A program made the translations under genes and the position numbers. Below the pieces are notes generated by a model. The model ran no database searches and was not told the origin of the DNA. It saw nothing but the letters and a program-made list of their open reading frames with translations. Shown one piece after another: positions 48,021 to 58,342 of a DNA stretch of 64,000 nt. Positions within the stretch are counted from its first letter, which is position 1. Each line of letters opens with the position of its first letter. The DNA lies in the NCBI GenBank assembly GCA_037308085.1, contig CP147779.1:2112001-2176000 (forward strand). Reading direction: 5' to 3'. Origin of the DNA: Promethearchaeati archaeon SRVP18_Atabeyarchaeia-1 (GTDB lineage: Archaea > Asgardarchaeota > Atabeyarchaeia > Atabeyarchaeales > Atabeyarchaeaceae).

Positions 48021-50741
48021 ATGCCAAGTAGGGGACTTCTTACTATTAACCTGGGAGAGATCGCGAAGAATGACCTGAAGGACGTCGGCGGAAAAGCGGC
48101 AAATCTTGCCGAACTCGTCAACCGATTCTCAGTGCCCAAAGGATACGTCCTCACGACAAGCGCATACAACCAGTTTCTAGAATACAACAAGCTTCAGAGT
48201 TTTATTGATGAATCTTTGAGCAAAGTTGATTATTCTGACTACTCATCGGTTGAGAGTCGCGCAAGGGTCATTCAAGAGCGTATCCTGAAATCCCAGCTTC
48301 CGCCGAGATTAGCGGATGAGATCAAGAGTAAGTACTTAAGCTTGGGTTTCCGCAGTGTTGCCGTTCGGTCATCTGCGACAGCGGAGGATCTGCCGACTGC
48401 GTCTTTTGCTGGCCAGTACGATTCGTTCCTGAATGTTAAGAGTTCAGAGCAGCTTCTTCAATCTGTAAGGCAGTGTTACGCATCTCTTTGGTCGAGTAGG
48501 GCGATCTCTTACCGGCATAGGGTTGGGATCCCGCACGATAAGGTTCAGCTCGGCGTAATCGTACAGGAGATGGTGCCTGCACGGAGCGCCGGTGTACTCT
48601 TCACGCAGAATCCCGTCTCCTCGGAGCCAGACCAGCTGCTAATCGAATCAAATTTCGGTCTCGGAGAGTCCATCATGTCTGGGCGGAGCAGCCCCGATCA
48701 ATTCATAGTCCGCAGGGAGGGCAAGCCTGGTCGCGAGAAGTTCAGCATCGTTGATAAACGGATAGCCAGGAAGGGTGTGGCCGTCGAAGAGAAGAAACTG
48801 AAAAGCGAAAGCGGCACTGAATACGTTCAACTCTCGGATGACGAGAACGAGGCATCTTCTCTTTCGAATCAACAGATCCTGGATTTGTCACGATTCGGCT
48901 CTCAGATTGAGAGCCATTTCGGAAGCCCACAGGACATAGAATGGGCGTTCGATCAGAAAGACAAGCTCCATATTCTCCAATCTCGCCCAATAACCTCGCG
49001 CAGGAAGCCCGCCCCAGAGGATGATGTGCTTTGGAGCAGGGGATATGCAGACGACTACTGGAACGATCCAGTAACGCCCCTATACTTTGAGCTTCTCGGC
49101 GATCCTCTCACCAAGGTCGTCAACATGGAGCTCAATAGCATCATGGGTTACAAGCGCATGGACGACCAACTACTGAAGCTTTATCATGCCCACGCATATT
49201 TCAACTTGAAGGTTCTGAGGCGCAAAGTTGAGAACGAGATACCGGGCTTCGTCAGAAATGAAGATGTGTTGAACTACTTCCCAGAGGGTTATGGGTTATA
49301 CGGTAAACGAACCGTCAGGAAATTGCCTTTCCATATATTCACCTATCTGATTGCGAATCTGCGAATCATGTTTAATGATCCTAATGGGTCTATGGGGAAA
49401 ACGGCGAAAGCCTACGAGAAGTGGACTAGGGACGTATTCTCCCCCTACTGTGAGAAATTCGACGCAGAGTTGGCTGAACTTACCGGGACTAGCAACTTGA
49501 AGGCGCTGCAGAAGCTGGCTGACGACATAGACAGTAAGATGGTTGCACACTACAGGCTTGTAAGGTATGGGATACCTGTCCACAATATCGGTATGAATCT
49601 GATAGCTCAATACATACTGAAGAGATTCCTTGGAGTAAAGGATCAACAGAGGTACTATCCCATCCTGATTTCTGGACTGGAGCACAAGTTGACTGAGACA
49701 AATGACAGGATCTATTATCTTGTTTCGACTATACAGGAATCTCCTGAGTTGAAGAGAGCAGTCCTAGAGGAGAAATCGGAAGACCTCTACAAATACCTCT
49801 CGAAGAGTGACAGCCCACCCTTGAAGAGCTTCTTCGTTGAATTCAAGAACTTCCTCGATGAATACGGCGACCGCGGTTTCACAAGAGAGGCTTACTATCC
49901 AAGGTGGCGAGAGGCACCCCAATACGTGTTCGATGTGCTGAAATCCTTGGCAAAGGATAGCAACATCGATCCGAAGAGAAGCAAAGAACTGAGTTCCCAG
50001 ACAAGGGAGAGAATTGAGAAGATAGTGGAGAGCAAGCTTAGGCGGCAGCACCTCGGATTCGTCAAGTGGTTCATATTCACCAAGATTCTTGGTGCCGCCC
50101 GCACATACATCATCTTCCGCGAGAACCAGCGGTTCAACCTAGATCGATGGATAACGAGAATCAGGAGCGCCTACTTGGAGATCGGAAGAGAGCTTGCTAA
50201 GAAGGGAATACTGGGAAGCAAGGAGGACATCTTCTTCCTGCGGAAGAAGGAAATCAAGAACCTGATCTACGGTAAGAATGGCGCCGACGATGTCAGGAAG
50301 CTCACTTTCCTGGTGAAGGAGCGTCGTGAGGATTTCCTGAAGTATGAGAACACGATTCCCCCGAAGTTCCTTCACGGCGGTAGCGAATTCAACGACACAC
50401 TGCGATTCACTAGGGATAGTGCGGAGTTTCAAGGGATTCCGGCAAGCCAAGGGGTTATCACAGCTTCCGTCAGAGTGATAGATAGGATCGACTTCATGTC
50501 AACCGTGAAGAAAGGAGAGATCCTCGTAGTTCCAAGAACTGACCCGGGTTGGAGCCCCGTCTTCTCCAAGATAGGTGGCTTGATCACCGAGACCGGCGGC
50601 ATACTTTCCCACGGAGCTGTCATTTCCCGTGAGTATGGTATTCCCGCAGTCACGAATGTGCCTAATGCTTGTAAGGTGTTTAGAACTGGCCAAGTCATCA
50701 CGATCAACGGGTCGAATGGAGTTATTACGCTCTCAGGCTGA
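48021..50741 (+). CDS. PEP-utilising enzyme, rifampicin-phosphotransferase/PigC-type architecture
   Basis: N-terminal ATP-grasp (VGGKAANL, AVRSSA.AED...SFAGQ, PQDIEW, LQSRPIT), helical central domain, C-terminal phospho-His swivel (TDPGW, GG.LSHGAV.SREYGIP). Confidence 0.9.
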   Translation: MPSRGLLTINLGEIAKNDLKDVGGKAANLAELVNRFSVPKGYVLTTSAYNQFLEYNKLQSFIDESLSKVDYSDYSSVESRARVIQERILKSQLPPRLADEIKSKYLSLGFRSVAVRSSATAEDLPTASFAGQYDSFLNVKSSEQLLQSVRQCYASLWSSRAISYRHRVGIPHDKVQLGVIVQEMVPARSAGVLFTQNPVSSEPDQLLIESNFGLGESIMSGRSSPDQFIVRREGKPGREKFSIVDKRIARKGVAVEEKKLKSESGTEYVQLSDDENEASSLSNQQILDLSRFGSQIESHFGSPQDIEWAFDQKDKLHILQSRPITSRRKPAPEDDVLWSRGYADDYWNDPVTPLYFELLGDPLTKVVNMELNSIMGYKRMDDQLLKLYHAHAYFNLKVLRRKVENEIPGFVRNEDVLNYFPEGYGLYGKRTVRKLPFHIFTYLIANLRIMFNDPNGSMGKTAKAYEKWTRDVFSPYCEKFDAELAELTGTSNLKALQKLADDIDSKMVAHYRLVRYGIPVHNIGMNLIAQYILKRFLGVKDQQRYYPILISGLEHKLTETNDRIYYLVSTIQESPELKRAVLEEKSEDLYKYLSKSDSPPLKSFFVEFKNFLDEYGDRGFTREAYYPRWREAPQYVFDVLKSLAKDSNIDPKRSKELSSQTRERIEKIVESKLRRQHLGFVKWFIFTKILGAARTYIIFRENQRFNLDRWITRIRSAYLEIGRELAKKGILGSKEDIFFLRKKEIKNLIYGKNGADDVRKLTFLVKERREDFLKYENTIPPKFLHGGSEFNDTLRFTRDSAEFQGIPASQGVITASVRVIDRIDFMSTVKKGEILVVPRTDPGWSPVFSKIGGLITETGGILSHGAVISREYGIPAVTNVPNACKVFRTGQVITINGSNGVITLSG

Positions 50742-50765
50742 GAGCGACAGTCGAGAGATGCAGCC

Positions 50766-51755
50766 ATGGAGCCTATAATCAACAAGACAACTTCAAAGCA
50801 TCCTGAGTGGAATGAGTCATACTACTTCGCCTTCTACTCCAAAGAGCACAAACTCGGAGGGGTCTCTCGAATAGGCTTCAAGCCAAACAAGCCTGAGAGT
50901 ATGACATTCTTCTTTCTCTTTCTCCCTGACGGATCGGCTGCCGGATATCATCTCACAAACAAGGCAAAGGAATACTCCAGGATCCTGCAGGTTGGCGGCA
51001 TGGCTCACCTTCCCCAGGGCAATGAGGTGTGGAAGTATGAGTTCAAGGGAAACATGATCCTTGTTAAGAACCCTGAAAATCTTCCAAAAGCGCGCGAGCA
51101 GCCAGAAATAATCTCAGGCACACCAAAGGTTGAGATGGAGTTTACCTTCAACCCAATCAACGAGCCGTATGAATACGCCAAGCACATGACGCCTGAATCT
51201 CTGGAGCTCGGAAGGAAGGCTGGAGACAGACACTGGGAGCAGATCGCGAGGGTTAATGGAAAACTCATCGTCGACGAGAAGACCTATGAAGTCAAAGACA
51301 TGATAGGTCAGAGGGACCACACGTACGGGATCCGCGATTGGACAGGGGTTGGCGACTGGCTCTACTATGTGGTCTGGTTCAATGAAGGACTAGCGATTAA
51401 TCCCGCAGCGATCGTGGCGGACGATGGGCGAATGAGCACCGGTGGATTCCTCTTCAAGGACGGAAAGAACATTCCACTTAAGACAATAAAGATCCGCGAT
51501 CAGCGCTTCCGAGAAGATGGGGTGTTTCCTGTCAGCTCCGAGCTGGAAATTGTTGATGAGTCGGGTAAGAAGCATGTTCTGAAGGCTCGCGTCGGACCAA
51601 TCGTCCCAGTTCCTTTCCAAGACAAAGATGGGAAGCAATCCATTCTGATTCAGTCCTTTGGAAACTTTGAGCTAGATGGAATTAAAGGAGGCTATGGGAC
51701 TTTCGAGACGCTGCGAAAGGCCAAAAGAATCTGGGGCGGTAAGGAGGAGGGATAG
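50766..51755 (+). CDS. Hypothetical beta-barrel protein (tocopherol cyclase/CrtC-like superfamily)
   Basis: WNESYYF, HWEQ...V.G, GQRDHTYG.RDW motifs. Confidence 0.65.
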   Translation: MEPIINKTTSKHPEWNESYYFAFYSKEHKLGGVSRIGFKPNKPESMTFFFLFLPDGSAAGYHLTNKAKEYSRILQVGGMAHLPQGNEVWKYEFKGNMILVKNPENLPKAREQPEIISGTPKVEMEFTFNPINEPYEYAKHMTPESLELGRKAGDRHWEQIARVNGKLIVDEKTYEVKDMIGQRDHTYGIRDWTGVGDWLYYVVWFNEGLAINPAAIVADDGRMSTGGFLFKDGKNIPLKTIKIRDQRFREDGVFPVSSELEIVDESGKKHVLKARVGPIVPVPFQDKDGKQSILIQSFGNFELDGIKGGYGTFETLRKAKRIWGGKEEG

Positions 51756-52108
51756 TGACTAGCCGATATGACTGGCTAAAGGAGAACTGCCACTCCTGTG
51801 GAGCTAAGGTGGGAGACCTACACACGTTCGGATGTAGAATGGAGACCTGCCCAACCTGCGGCAGGCAACTGATAACCTGCGGCCACTACGGTGATGTGAA
51901 GAAAGGCAATATGCCCCGAATACCATTCATACCGCGGATTCTTGTATGTGCAGTGTGCGGTCGCCCGTTTCCTCGATTCTTCAAAGTCGAGGAGGATGAC
52001 TGGGTGAAATTCGTCATCCCGCCTCTGCATCACAGGGTTCTATGCCGCAGGTGCTACGACGAGATGAGAGAGCTGTTCCCGGAAGGTTGGAATAAGTCTG
52101 TAGTGTAA
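51755..52108 (+). CDS. Small Cys-rich Zn-binding protein
   Basis: C.SCG...G.LH..GC..E.CP.CG.QL.TC, plus CAVC..CRRC; overlaps the upstream stop codon. Confidence 0.7.
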   Translation: MTSRYDWLKENCHSCGAKVGDLHTFGCRMETCPTCGRQLITCGHYGDVKKGNMPRIPFIPRILVCAVCGRPFPRFFKVEEDDWVKFVIPPLHHRVLCRRCYDEMRELFPEGWNKSVV

Positions 52109-52111
52109 GCT

Positions 52112-53431
52112 CTAGGAGTCGCGGTAGTGTTCCCATTCCCAGTCTGTTACAGCCTCGCTGATGTAATTGCTCCACTCCCTGCGTTGGACATCAACGTACG
52201 TGTCAACCAGTTCCCTCCCCAGAGCCTTCATAAGACATTCGTCATTAGCAAGGTTATCGAGCGCTTCAACAAGTGATATTGGAAGCGGCCTAATTCCCAG
52301 TTGTTCTCTCTGCTCAGCTGTCAGGCGGAAGACATCCTCACTTGTTGGGTCGGGTGGCGCCAATTTTCTGTTTATGCCGTCCATCCCAGCTGCGACTAGG
52401 GCCGAGAATAGTAAGTATGGGTTTGTTGTTGGGTCGGGAGACCTGATCTCTATGGCCGCCTTTTGGCTGGAAGTGAATAGAGGAACTCTCACCAAGACTG
52501 TTCGGTTCACTGGACCCCATGATACGTAGACTGGCGCCTCATGGTTTGGAACTAGCCTTTTATAGGAATTGATGGTTGGATTCGCTACAGCTGTAATGGC
52601 TGGTGCATGCTCCAATAGGCCTGCGGCAAACATCTTCGCAGTGTTAGAGAGCCCGTTTGTGCTCTGGTCACCGAAGAGGTTTTTTCCACCCTCCCAAAGT
52701 TGAAGGTGGCAGTGGAGCCCACTCCCTGCGCCACCCTGAAATGGCTTGGGCATGAAAGTAACACCAAAGCCAGCCTTCCTTGTTATCGCATGGGCGACGC
52801 TCTTGAATAGAACTACATTGTCAGCCATTTTCATGGCATCATCATATTCGATCTCTATCTCATGTTGTGCTGCCCCCGCCTCATGGTGAGCCACGTGTGG
52901 CCTCATCCCCACTTTCTGGATCCCGCTCGCGATTCCCAGTAAGACATCCGCTGCCGGATCTGCTGGGTAGGTTTCAGCGTATCCGCCTTGGTCGAAGGGC
53001 ACGCCATCTTCCGTGATGAAGTAGAATTCAGGCTCGACCTTCGTTCTTAGTGTCGCACCATCGGAAAGATATTCCTTGCATACGCGGTGCAGCACACCCC
53101 GAGTATCTCTTGGATGGTATGTCTGACCTCTGGCCTTTCCCCCCTTCTCGTGGACAAAACACATTGTGGCTGCTCGTCTCTGCGGTGTGTACGGGAGTTC
53201 TACCAGTGAGCTGGGATCGGGGTCAAGCCTAAGGTCGGAATGTTCTACACTCGCAAACCCCAGAACTGAACTGCCGTCGATGCTGGTCCCTTCAGTCATC
53301 GCAGGGTCTAATTGCAGTTCATCAATCGTATCTGCAGGCTTGCAGGGAACGATCATTGCTCTAAGTCGCCCCAAGATGTCGACAGTCCGCATCTCGATAT
53401 ATTCGATCTTTTCGGACATTATGCCGGGCAC
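52112..53431 (-). CDS. Glutamine synthetase type I family protein
   Basis: DGSS, EPEF, HHE...QHE, FMPKP...AGSGLH.H, NSYKRLVP..EAP, E.R.PD...NPYL. It could be a gamma-glutamyl-amine ligase rather than a true GlnA. Confidence 0.9.
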   Translation of the reverse strand: MPGIMSEKIEYIEMRTVDILGRLRAMIVPCKPADTIDELQLDPAMTEGTSIDGSSVLGFASVEHSDLRLDPDPSSLVELPYTPQRRAATMCFVHEKGGKARGQTYHPRDTRGVLHRVCKEYLSDGATLRTKVEPEFYFITEDGVPFDQGGYAETYPADPAADVLLGIASGIQKVGMRPHVAHHEAGAAQHEIEIEYDDAMKMADNVVLFKSVAHAITRKAGFGVTFMPKPFQGGAGSGLHCHLQLWEGGKNLFGDQSTNGLSNTAKMFAAGLLEHAPAITAVANPTINSYKRLVPNHEAPVYVSWGPVNRTVLVRVPLFTSSQKAAIEIRSPDPTTNPYLLFSALVAAGMDGINRKLAPPDPTSEDVFRLTAEQREQLGIRPLPISLVEALDNLANDECLMKALGRELVDTYVDVQRREWSNYISEAVTDWEWEHYRDS

Positions 53432-53679
53432 CAGCCTGGAATTCTAGTTTTCATGGTCACTGATTTCTACAAGATCCTGAGTTTCTCTCTGTGCACAGTT
53501 TGTGGGGTAGAAAACTAATCGCATCATTCCCTTAACTCTTTCGATTGAGAAAAGATAGCTGACCAGAGACGAACATGGATCTATCAGTTCCAACGGATCG
53601 TAGATGCTGGCTTCCTTCTCTCGGTCAGGTTTGTGTGCAATTCTCCGCGGATTGGTGTGCTCCAAGCGGGCCTATTCGC

Positions 53680-54189
53680 CTAACTGATTTGCTTCAACTT
53701 CAGCTCTGTGACTGCCGCCTTTACTGCCTGCTGGATCTTCGCTGCTTCTTCTGGGCTAGCGTAGTTCTGCCGGGGGTAGAAGAATCCTCTGAGTCCATCG
53801 CCAGATCTGCGTGGGACTATGTGCACATGGAGATGAGCTACGCTTTGGCTTATCTTGTTGTTTATGCCTAGGAATGAACCGTCCGCATGCAGACCCTTCT
53901 CAACGGCGATGGCCAGCAGCTTAACGTTTATGAAGAAGGGTCCGACGAGGTCCAGCGGGAGTTCTGAGATGGTCACATAATGCTCGTTGGGCACAAGGAG
54001 GCAGTGACCTGGGAAAAGTGGTCTCTTGTCCAGGAACGCCGTAGAGATTTCATCCTGAAACACGATTAGGCTGTCCGTTTTCTCCTTGGCTATCTGGCAG
54101 AATACGCATTGCTGTCCTAGTTTTCCTCGTCGCGGGTTCTCCTCGACAAGTGAGGTCTGCTTTATTGTCCTCTTTTCAGTCATATCCAT
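53680..54189 (-). CDS. HIT family nucleotide hydrolase
   Basis: CVFCQI, FLD..P.FPGH.L.VP, QSV.HLHVHIVPR. Confidence 0.93.
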   Translation of the reverse strand: MDMTEKRTIKQTSLVEENPRRGKLGQQCVFCQIAKEKTDSLIVFQDEISTAFLDKRPLFPGHCLLVPNEHYVTISELPLDLVGPFFINVKLLAIAVEKGLHADGSFLGINNKISQSVAHLHVHIVPRRSGDGLRGFFYPRQNYASPEEAAKIQQAVKAAVTELKLKQIS

Positions 54190-54293
54190 CCCCGCCTGAA
54201 CGCTGAAACGCGAATCCTGACACAACCCATCGAATCTTCGTCTGGAGCTTGTAGCAGAAAGCTCCCAAGCTTGATCTCTCGCGGAGATTAACG

Positions 54294-55208
54294 TCACTTC
54301 TTGTATTTGATGAAGGTTCCGTTCTCGTACTCTTCGAATGCTATTCTGAGTTCTTCCTGCGTATTCATGACGATGGGGCCATACCAGGCAACCGGCTCAA
54401 GGATGGGTTTTCCCGATACCAAGAGAAACCTCGCCTTGTCACTCATCGTACTGATCTCGAGCTGAACGCCATCGTCGAAGATGATCAAGTTTTCCGGTGC
54501 GATCATGGCTTTGCGCTCCAAGTCGAAGTAGTTGGCACCTTCCACTTCGAAAGTGTACGGATCCCTCCTGTCATCGAAGTACCCCTTTCCTTCAATCACG
54601 TAGGCGAAAACTGTGTGACCGCGCTTGACATCAAGCTTGAGATCTGATTTGGCAGGAACTGTGACATCCAGGTACCTGGGCTCGGTCACAATATCCTGAA
54701 CCGGTCCCTTTGCTCCATTCACTTCGCCGCAGATGATCTTAGCCTTGGAGCCCCCCTTAAGAGTCACTTCCGGTATCTGGTTGGCTTTGACTTCTCGGTA
54801 GCGAGGGTCCATCATCTTGTGTGAGGCTGGGAGATTTGCCCAGAGCTGGAAGCCCCACATCAGTCCATCCTTCTGTCCCTTGGGCATTTCCTGGTGGATG
54901 ATCCCGCTTCCCGCAGTCATCCATTGTACATCCCCTGAACCGATAACACCCTTGTTGCTCATGCTGTCGCCGTGCTCGACTCGTCCGTGCAGAACGTAAG
55001 TGACCGTCTCGATACCTCGGTGTGGGTGCCAAGGAAATCCGCTCAGATAGTCCCTAGGATTGCTGGAGTGGAAGTCATCAAGCAACAAGAAAGGATCGAG
55101 TTGGGGAACGTGGTAGGATCCGAAGGCCCGCTTCAGGTTTACGCCCGCCCCCTCAATTGTGGGCTTGCTTCGCATTACTCTCTTGATTCTTCTCGTGCCG
55201 CTCATCAT
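54294..55208 (-). CDS. Pirin family protein
   Basis: DPFLLLD, GFPWHPHRGIETVTY, QWMTAGSGI.HQE, QLWANLP, GPIVMNT. Confidence 0.96.
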   Translation of the reverse strand: MMSGTRRIKRVMRSKPTIEGAGVNLKRAFGSYHVPQLDPFLLLDDFHSSNPRDYLSGFPWHPHRGIETVTYVLHGRVEHGDSMSNKGVIGSGDVQWMTAGSGIIHQEMPKGQKDGLMWGFQLWANLPASHKMMDPRYREVKANQIPEVTLKGGSKAKIICGEVNGAKGPVQDIVTEPRYLDVTVPAKSDLKLDVKRGHTVFAYVIEGKGYFDDRRDPYTFEVEGANYFDLERKAMIAPENLIIFDDGVQLEISTMSDKARFLLVSGKPILEPVAWYGPIVMNTQEELRIAFEEYENGTFIKYKK

Positions 55209-55416
55209 GAGCCCCCGCTTGGTGGGAGCTCGGATTCTCGTATAAGAATTCCGCTGCCTCATTCAGCATAAGTGTGGTTCACGAGTTTGACTGCCTCTGC
55301 GACAACCGCAACCGCGCCCCATGATTTTTATCTCAGGAGTCCAAAATACATAGAGACGCTCATAGCTGACCGCAGTATCGAGACTGCGGCTTAAGGTCTG
55401 CAGGGTTGCGCTGGAA

Positions 55417-56991
55417 ATGGGGTATTCTGAAATGAGGGAGAAAGTGCTACTTCTAGGTGCGTCTGGCTCTATGGGCTTTGCTGCATTCAAAGAGCTCTGG
55501 AACCGCAGGAACGGAAATGGCGAACGCAAATACGACATCGTCCTTCTGCTGCGTCCCTCCTCGAAAAATAAGGAGCTATTGAGACCATATGAGAAATCCA
55601 GCGGGATCAGACCAATACATGGCGCTGGCATCACGGAGGACGACAAGAAGTCGTTCAGGATTGTATGGGGAGACGCCACGATTTACAGTGACATGCTGGA
55701 AGCTGTGAGAGGGGTTGACTGGATACTCTGTCCAATGGCATTTATCGCGCCAGAGGCGGATCACAAGCCAGACATGGCCAAGGCTGTCAACACCACGGCC
55801 ATCGAATACGTCATCAAGGCAATCTACGAAGTCGGCGGACAGACCCACATCAAGTTCATCTACACTGGATCAGTTGCTGAAACCGGTGACCGGCTCCAGG
55901 CCATTCACCTGGCCAGAGTAGGGGACCCACTCAAACCCTCCGCCTTCGATTTCTATGCGACCACAAAGATAGCTGGAGAACGAGCAGTCATCGAATCAGG
56001 GCTGAAATACTGGGTCTCCCTGCGACAAACCTACATTGCTCTCCCTGACGCGATGTCGCTAATGGATCCCATCATGTTTCACCAGCCCATTGATACTCAT
56101 ATCGAGCTCAACACTAATCATGATGCAGGTCGCGGCCTAGTGAATTGCTTGGATGTGCCAGAAGACTCGGATTTCTGGCGACGAGTGTACAACATGAGTG
56201 GAGGACCTTCTTGCCGCGTTATCTTCCTCGACTACCTTGACACAATGATGAGACTACTGGGAATGGGAGACTACCGCAAGATAATGGATCGTAGGTGGTT
56301 CGCCCTGCGTAACTTCCATTGCCAGTACTTCGAGGACTCCTATATATTGAACAACTACATCCACAACTGGGGAGAAACGCTTGTCGATCACTATCGCCAG
56401 GTGAAAAAGAATGCGCCTCGACGCGTAAAGCTAGCTTCAAAGCTGAGCAAGATACCAGGGCTTCGCCGGATCATACGGCGCACTGCCTACAAGATGATGA
56501 GAAGAATGGTCTCGGGAAAAGACGGAACGCTCTATTGGTTTGAACAGCACAACGACAAGCGGATTGCGGCATTCTACGGGTCATATGCCACCTACGAAGC
56601 CATCCCAGACTGGGACTTGGGCATGCCTGAGAACGGGACCCAGCCGGTCAGACTTGACCACGGGTACGACGAATCAAAGGAGAAGCTGGATGTCGAAGAT
56701 CTTCAAGGCGTCGCAGAATTTAGGGGAGGTAAGCTCCTCGCCAATAGATGGAACGGAGACTTATACGAGAAGCTACGCTGGAAATGTGCTTTGGGCCACG
56801 AGTTTGATGCAAGCCCGTATCTGGTCCTGAAAACCGGGCACTGGTGCCCGATCCCACCGTGTACTCCGCCACCCTGGAACTACGATGAAATCGCGAAGGT
56901 CAATCCATTCTTCGCGCAGGTCTGGTACAAGAATCATAGCAAGAATGAACACAACTACTTCGACGAGAATTGCTATCGGGACATCCTGTAG
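55417..56991 (+). CDS. NAD-dependent epimerase/dehydratase (extended SDR) with C-terminal Zn-ribbon
   Basis: LGASGSMG Rossmann motif, YATTK catalytic YxxxK, C-terminal WKC..GH.F....GHWCP..C. Confidence 0.88.
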   Translation: MGYSEMREKVLLLGASGSMGFAAFKELWNRRNGNGERKYDIVLLLRPSSKNKELLRPYEKSSGIRPIHGAGITEDDKKSFRIVWGDATIYSDMLEAVRGVDWILCPMAFIAPEADHKPDMAKAVNTTAIEYVIKAIYEVGGQTHIKFIYTGSVAETGDRLQAIHLARVGDPLKPSAFDFYATTKIAGERAVIESGLKYWVSLRQTYIALPDAMSLMDPIMFHQPIDTHIELNTNHDAGRGLVNCLDVPEDSDFWRRVYNMSGGPSCRVIFLDYLDTMMRLLGMGDYRKIMDRRWFALRNFHCQYFEDSYILNNYIHNWGETLVDHYRQVKKNAPRRVKLASKLSKIPGLRRIIRRTAYKMMRRMVSGKDGTLYWFEQHNDKRIAAFYGSYATYEAIPDWDLGMPENGTQPVRLDHGYDESKEKLDVEDLQGVAEFRGGKLLANRWNGDLYEKLRWKCALGHEFDASPYLVLKTGHWCPIPPCTPPPWNYDEIAKVNPFFAQVWYKNHSKNEHNYFDENCYRDIL

Positions 56992-57134
56992 CCCAATCGA
57001 CTTGAGCAGGTTTCATCTTCCACCGAGGTCCAGCTCTTGGGCGATGCGGCCAGCAAACATCCGCCAACTATATAACCCAATAGCCAACAAACAGAACAAC
57101 AGCAATCGATTCTGAAGAGCAAAGGTGAATCATA

Positions 57135-57467
57135 ATGTCAGAGACAGCGAAGAATGGTGATACAGTCCGAGTCCACTATGTTGGTAAGTTCCCTGGCGGG
57201 AAAGTATTCGACACGTCCATGGAGAAGGAAGCAGTCCGCGCAAGCATACTGCAGAAGGGGCGCGACTACAAGCCACTTACTGTCACGCTAGGTGCAGGTC
57301 AGGTCATAAAGGGGTTCAACGATGCGATTATCGGCATGAAGAAGGGTGAAGAGAAGACGGTGACGTTACCACCTGAGCTGGCCTATGGCAAAACTGGCAA
57401 GCATCCCATGGCCGGCAAGACGCTTCAATTTCGGATTATCTTGGTTGACTTTGCTGGCAAGGCATAG
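57135..57467 (+). CDS. FKBP-type peptidyl-prolyl isomerase
   Basis: [10 protein letters not shown]...GKVFDTS, G.GQVI.GF...GM..GE.K...PPE.AYG, HP.AGKTL.F. Confidence 0.95.
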   Translation: MSETAKNGDTVRVHYVGKFPGGKVFDTSMEKEAVRASILQKGRDYKPLTVTLGAGQVIKGFNDAIIGMKKGEEKTVTLPPELAYGKTGKHPMAGKTLQFRIILVDFAGKA

Positions 57468-57534
57468 GCTTGCGCCCAAGGGATGAATCATATTTTAGTA
57501 GAATACACTCAAAAAGAGCCAAGCATAGATCAGG

Positions 57535-58284
57535 TTACGTGTAATACTCCTCGCTGAGTCCTTCTCCGCAGGCTGGGCAACTCTTCCTTTCACGGATCCA
57601 TCCAATAAGATCGGCTCTATGTGCTAGCCTGCCGCAGTGCGGGCACCAAACTACATCATCTCTCTGTTTAAGCTCCAGGCCACACACCATGCATTTCTCC
57701 GTCTCCTGCGTCTGCGCCACGAGTGTTTGCCTTGATTTCCCCTTTTCTTCCATTTGCTGTGGTTCAGCTCGGCCAGCTCCGGCCTGCAGTTTTGACCCGC
57801 AGTGGTAGCAGAACTTCGCGCCTGCTGGGGCTACCGTAGCATGACAGTGTGGGCAGGCTGCTTGTTCGAAGCCATTTCTCACGGAGATCTTTGAAGGCCC
57901 CCTCTGAGTTTAGGTTGGTCCCTCTTGATCCGCTTCTTGTCTCGCAGTTTCCTCAAGGCGATCCGCGTAGAGAGGTCGGTACGAGTCATCCTTTGGCTCC
58001 TCCTCATCCTCGTCCTCATTATCCTCGGTCTCGGGTAGAGTTGCTTCACCCAGCTCTCGGCTCGGTGTCTGCGGCACGATCTCATCGGACCTGTAGGAAG
58101 GATCTCTTACGTAAGTGCTGTGTCGCGACGCGCGCGGGCAGTCAACAACTTCCACCGAATTAAGGAAGAATCCACCCAGGCTCGCCTTCCTCTCCAGTAT
58201 TGCTCCGCAGCCAGGACAAACCACCTCCTGAGAATAACGCGTGGGATGCCAGAGCCAGATCCCACAGTTCGGACACCTAGCCAT
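57535..58284 (-). pseudogene. Zn-ribbon + acidic linker + double zinc ribbon + RING protein with one in-frame TAA
   Basis: ORFs 57910..58284 and 57535..57882 share a frame and are separated only by TAA 57910-57912; the N-terminus MARCPNCG.W matches paralogues at 42984 and 47628; the second RING His is replaced by Asp. Confidence 0.75.
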
Positions 58285-58342
58285 ATGTACCTCTCACCGC
58301 CTCACTTCTGCCAGGATTAGTCAGCAAACCCGGTTCTACGAA

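Noticed and set aside
48021-50741. Phosphoenolpyruvate synthase (ppsA)
   Set aside because: It lacks the C-terminal pyruvate-binding TIM barrel, and the His domain is terminal.
40202-57912. Stop-codon reassignment or pyrrolysine readthrough to explain the in-frame TAA/TAG codons
   Set aside because: TAA and TAG both end many clearly complete genes here (e.g. the GTPase, MFS, GH38, tag), and the interrupted genes are accessory or mobile; pseudogenisation is simpler.
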